From NCBI RefSeq assembly GCF_000143415.4, contig NW_003314407.1, positions 239,748 through 303,747 on the forward strand: a stretch of DNA of 64,000 nucleotides, written 5' to 3'. Below are positions 61,819-64,000 of the stretch, piece after piece. The notes below the pieces were generated by a model. It saw only the letters and a list, made by a program, of their open reading frames with translations. It was not told the DNA's origin and did no database searches. The position numbers and the translations under genes were made by a program. The stretch comes from Selaginella moellendorffii. Lineage: Eukaryota > Plantae > Lycopodiophyta. Every line of letters starts with the position of its first letter. Position 1 is the stretch's first letter.

Positions 61819-63714
61819 ATGCCCGTGAAATGGCGCGACGAAGAAACGCTCCATTACCTCTCGCGAGCCGTGAGATCTTGTGGGATCAATCGGGACCTCG
61901 CGGAGGGCAAGCGCATCCACGCAAGAATTCTCGAAGGAAGCCACAGCAAAAACAGGTATCTCACCAATCTCCTCATCGAGATGTATGGGAAATGTGGCAG
62001 CCTCGAAGACGCACAATCGGTGCTCGACTCCATCGACAACCCAAATCGCTTCTCCTACACGCTCATGATCCAGGCGTATGCCCACAGCGGCCACGCCCGG
62101 TTCATGCGCCAGGCGCGATTCTTGCTGGATCGAATGCCTGAGGCCGACGCTGTCGCAGCCAACATCATGATCAAGGGATACATACGACTGGGCGATCTTT
62201 GCAGCGCCCAAGAGATCTTTGACCGGATGGATCACAAGACGCTGGCAACCTCGAGCCTCATGATCGCGGCATATGCCCAATGTGGGCATCTCTACGAATC
62301 CTGGAACTTGTTCTTACGAATGGAAAGCCGGGACTTTCTTATCTGGACGGCACTTGTGACTGCGTGTGCTGATATTGGTAAACTCGACGAAGCTCTTCGA
62401 GTGCTTCATCAGATGCCCAAGTGGGATGTTGTCCCGTGGACTGTTGTTCTTACAGCATTTGCCCGGTTTGGGCATTATGATTCTGCTAGAAGACTATTTG
62501 ATAGTATGCCGTACACAGATAGGATCTCTCAAAATGCAATGCTCAATGTGTATGGACAAGATAATAGGACTCACGAATTGAAACAGCTCTTCCACAACAT
62601 GCCCGAGCGGGATATCATAAGCTGGACTTCTATGATGGCCGCAAATGCTACACAAGGTAATGTGGGCGATGCGCGAGGCTTGTTTGACAGGATCCCGCAG
62701 CGGAACACTGTGGCATGGAACACCATGATCCAGGCTTACGCCGAGAAGAAAAACCTCCATGAGGCTCTCTCGATGTTCATGGCGATGGAGCAGCCGGATG
62801 TCATCTCCTGGACGCACCTTATTGCTGCCTTCTCTGAAAATGGATTCCTTGATCAAGCCAAGTTCATGTTTGACAGGATCCCTCTGCGAGATATGGTCTC
62901 TTTCAATGGAATGCTTGCGGCTCTCCTCAAGAACGATCGTCTTGACGATGCCAAGGCAATGTTTAATGAGATCCCGGAGAGAAACCTGGCATCCTGGAAT
63001 CTCTTGATCGGTGGGTTCTCGGACCGAGGAGAGCTTGACGCCGTGAAGCATTCGCTGGAGATAATCCCGCAGCGAGACTTCATATCGTGGAACTCATTGG
63101 TGGCAGTCTATGTCCAAGCTCATCAGCTCGACCAAGCAAAAGCCGCTTTTGACGAGCTTCCCCAGCGAGATTGGTCGTCATGGAATCTCTTAGTCTCGGG
63201 TTACGCTCAAACAGGAAAACTCCAAACAGCGGCACAATGGTTCGGTCGAATGCCGCAGTGGAACGTTGTCTCATGGAACGCTCTCATCGCCGGCCATGCC
63301 AAGCATGGCGTCGAGTCGATTGCATTGAATCTCCTCTCGAGCATGAGCCTGGAAGGAGTAATACCAGACTCAACCACATTTAGCAGCGTTTTGGCCGTCT
63401 ACAGCCACAAAGGGATGCTGGCCGCCTGCCGAGAAATCTTTGGACTCATGGTCCGAGACCACTGGATCGATCCGAGCTTACAGCAGTTTTGCGGCGTGGT
63501 GGACGCCTTGGGCCGGAGTGGCAAGCTGAGCGAGGCTGAGGAGCTTGCGTCTGCCATGCCTTATTTGCCAAACCGTGCGGTATGCAATGCACTACTCGGT
63601 GCGTGTAACATCCATAGCGACGTGACTCGCGGTGGTAGAATGGCAAGCTGCGCAGTGGATGTGGCTCCAAGCTCAGGTACCTCCTACGTGCTCTTGTCCA
63701 ATATGTCCTCTTGA
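61819..63714 (+). CDS. PLS-class PPR protein with a run of ~31-aa short motifs and E domain, no DYW
   Basis: NLLIEMYGKCGSLEDA, repeated FDRIPQRN.V.WN units, VVDALGRSGKLSEAEEL, ALLGACNIH, SYVLLSNM*. Confidence 0.92.
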   Translation: MPVKWRDEETLHYLSRAVRSCGINRDLAEGKRIHARILEGSHSKNRYLTNLLIEMYGKCGSLEDAQSVLDSIDNPNRFSYTLMIQAYAHSGHARFMRQARFLLDRMPEADAVAANIMIKGYIRLGDLCSAQEIFDRMDHKTLATSSLMIAAYAQCGHLYESWNLFLRMESRDFLIWTALVTACADIGKLDEALRVLHQMPKWDVVPWTVVLTAFARFGHYDSARRLFDSMPYTDRISQNAMLNVYGQDNRTHELKQLFHNMPERDIISWTSMMAANATQGNVGDARGLFDRIPQRNTVAWNTMIQAYAEKKNLHEALSMFMAMEQPDVISWTHLIAAFSENGFLDQAKFMFDRIPLRDMVSFNGMLAALLKNDRLDDAKAMFNEIPERNLASWNLLIGGFSDRGELDAVKHSLEIIPQRDFISWNSLVAVYVQAHQLDQAKAAFDELPQRDWSSWNLLVSGYAQTGKLQTAAQWFGRMPQWNVVSWNALIAGHAKHGVESIALNLLSSMSLEGVIPDSTTFSSVLAVYSHKGMLAACREIFGLMVRDHWIDPSLQQFCGVVDALGRSGKLSEAEELASAMPYLPNRAVCNALLGACNIHSDVTRGGRMASCAVDVAPSSGTSYVLLSNMSS

Positions 63715-64000
63715 TGATAATTTAAAAATGTTTCTGTATTATTCTTGAATTCTTAGGCTACTATATATTAGCCCAGTGAAATTATAAAAGGAGAGAAAAA
63801 AGATACTGGAAGAATTAATAACATATAAAAGTAAAGACATATTTTAGTATTTTGAAGGCTGATAGTTTAAATTGACTTACGCTATTTTTCAATGTGGCAA
63901 TTACAAGTAATATTAAAGATTTAACAAAATGATTTTGAATCCCATGCAGGTTTGAATTTGGGATTACTACTAAATGTTTTTTGATATGCATAATATAAAC

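Overview
Gene-dense plant nuclear DNA with very short GT-AG introns (about 50-115 nt) and GC-rich exons. The compactness and PPR style suggest the lycophyte Selaginella (inference). Left to right: an LTR-like stretch; an AT-rich, intronless secreted 'unknown domain + GNA lectin' gene; a photosystem II trio (LPA1 head-to-head with a strongly divergent PsbO-like paralog, then canonical PsbO); a tri-ubiquitin gene carrying A28T; a tandem duplication (8004-16698 / 16699-26400) holding two types of compact, bacterial-architecture GT2 glucan synthases, fragmented HSPA12-like Hsp70 genes and a hAT derivative; TZP-like, class-3 lipase, F-box, tRNA-Leu(CAA), RRP46, class III peroxidase, beta-tubulin and SF3B3/CPSF-A-like genes; tandem repeats; a probable ~8.8-kb Helitron carrying MORC and RPA70 genes; a second lectin-fusion gene; and a PLS-class PPR gene. 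Best leads: the AB-toxin-like lectin-fusion family, the loop-less PsbO paralog, reciprocal retention and gene conversion of the GT2 pair, and the MORC-bearing Helitron. Family assignments come from remembered motifs, not database searches. Exon boundaries were read by eye.
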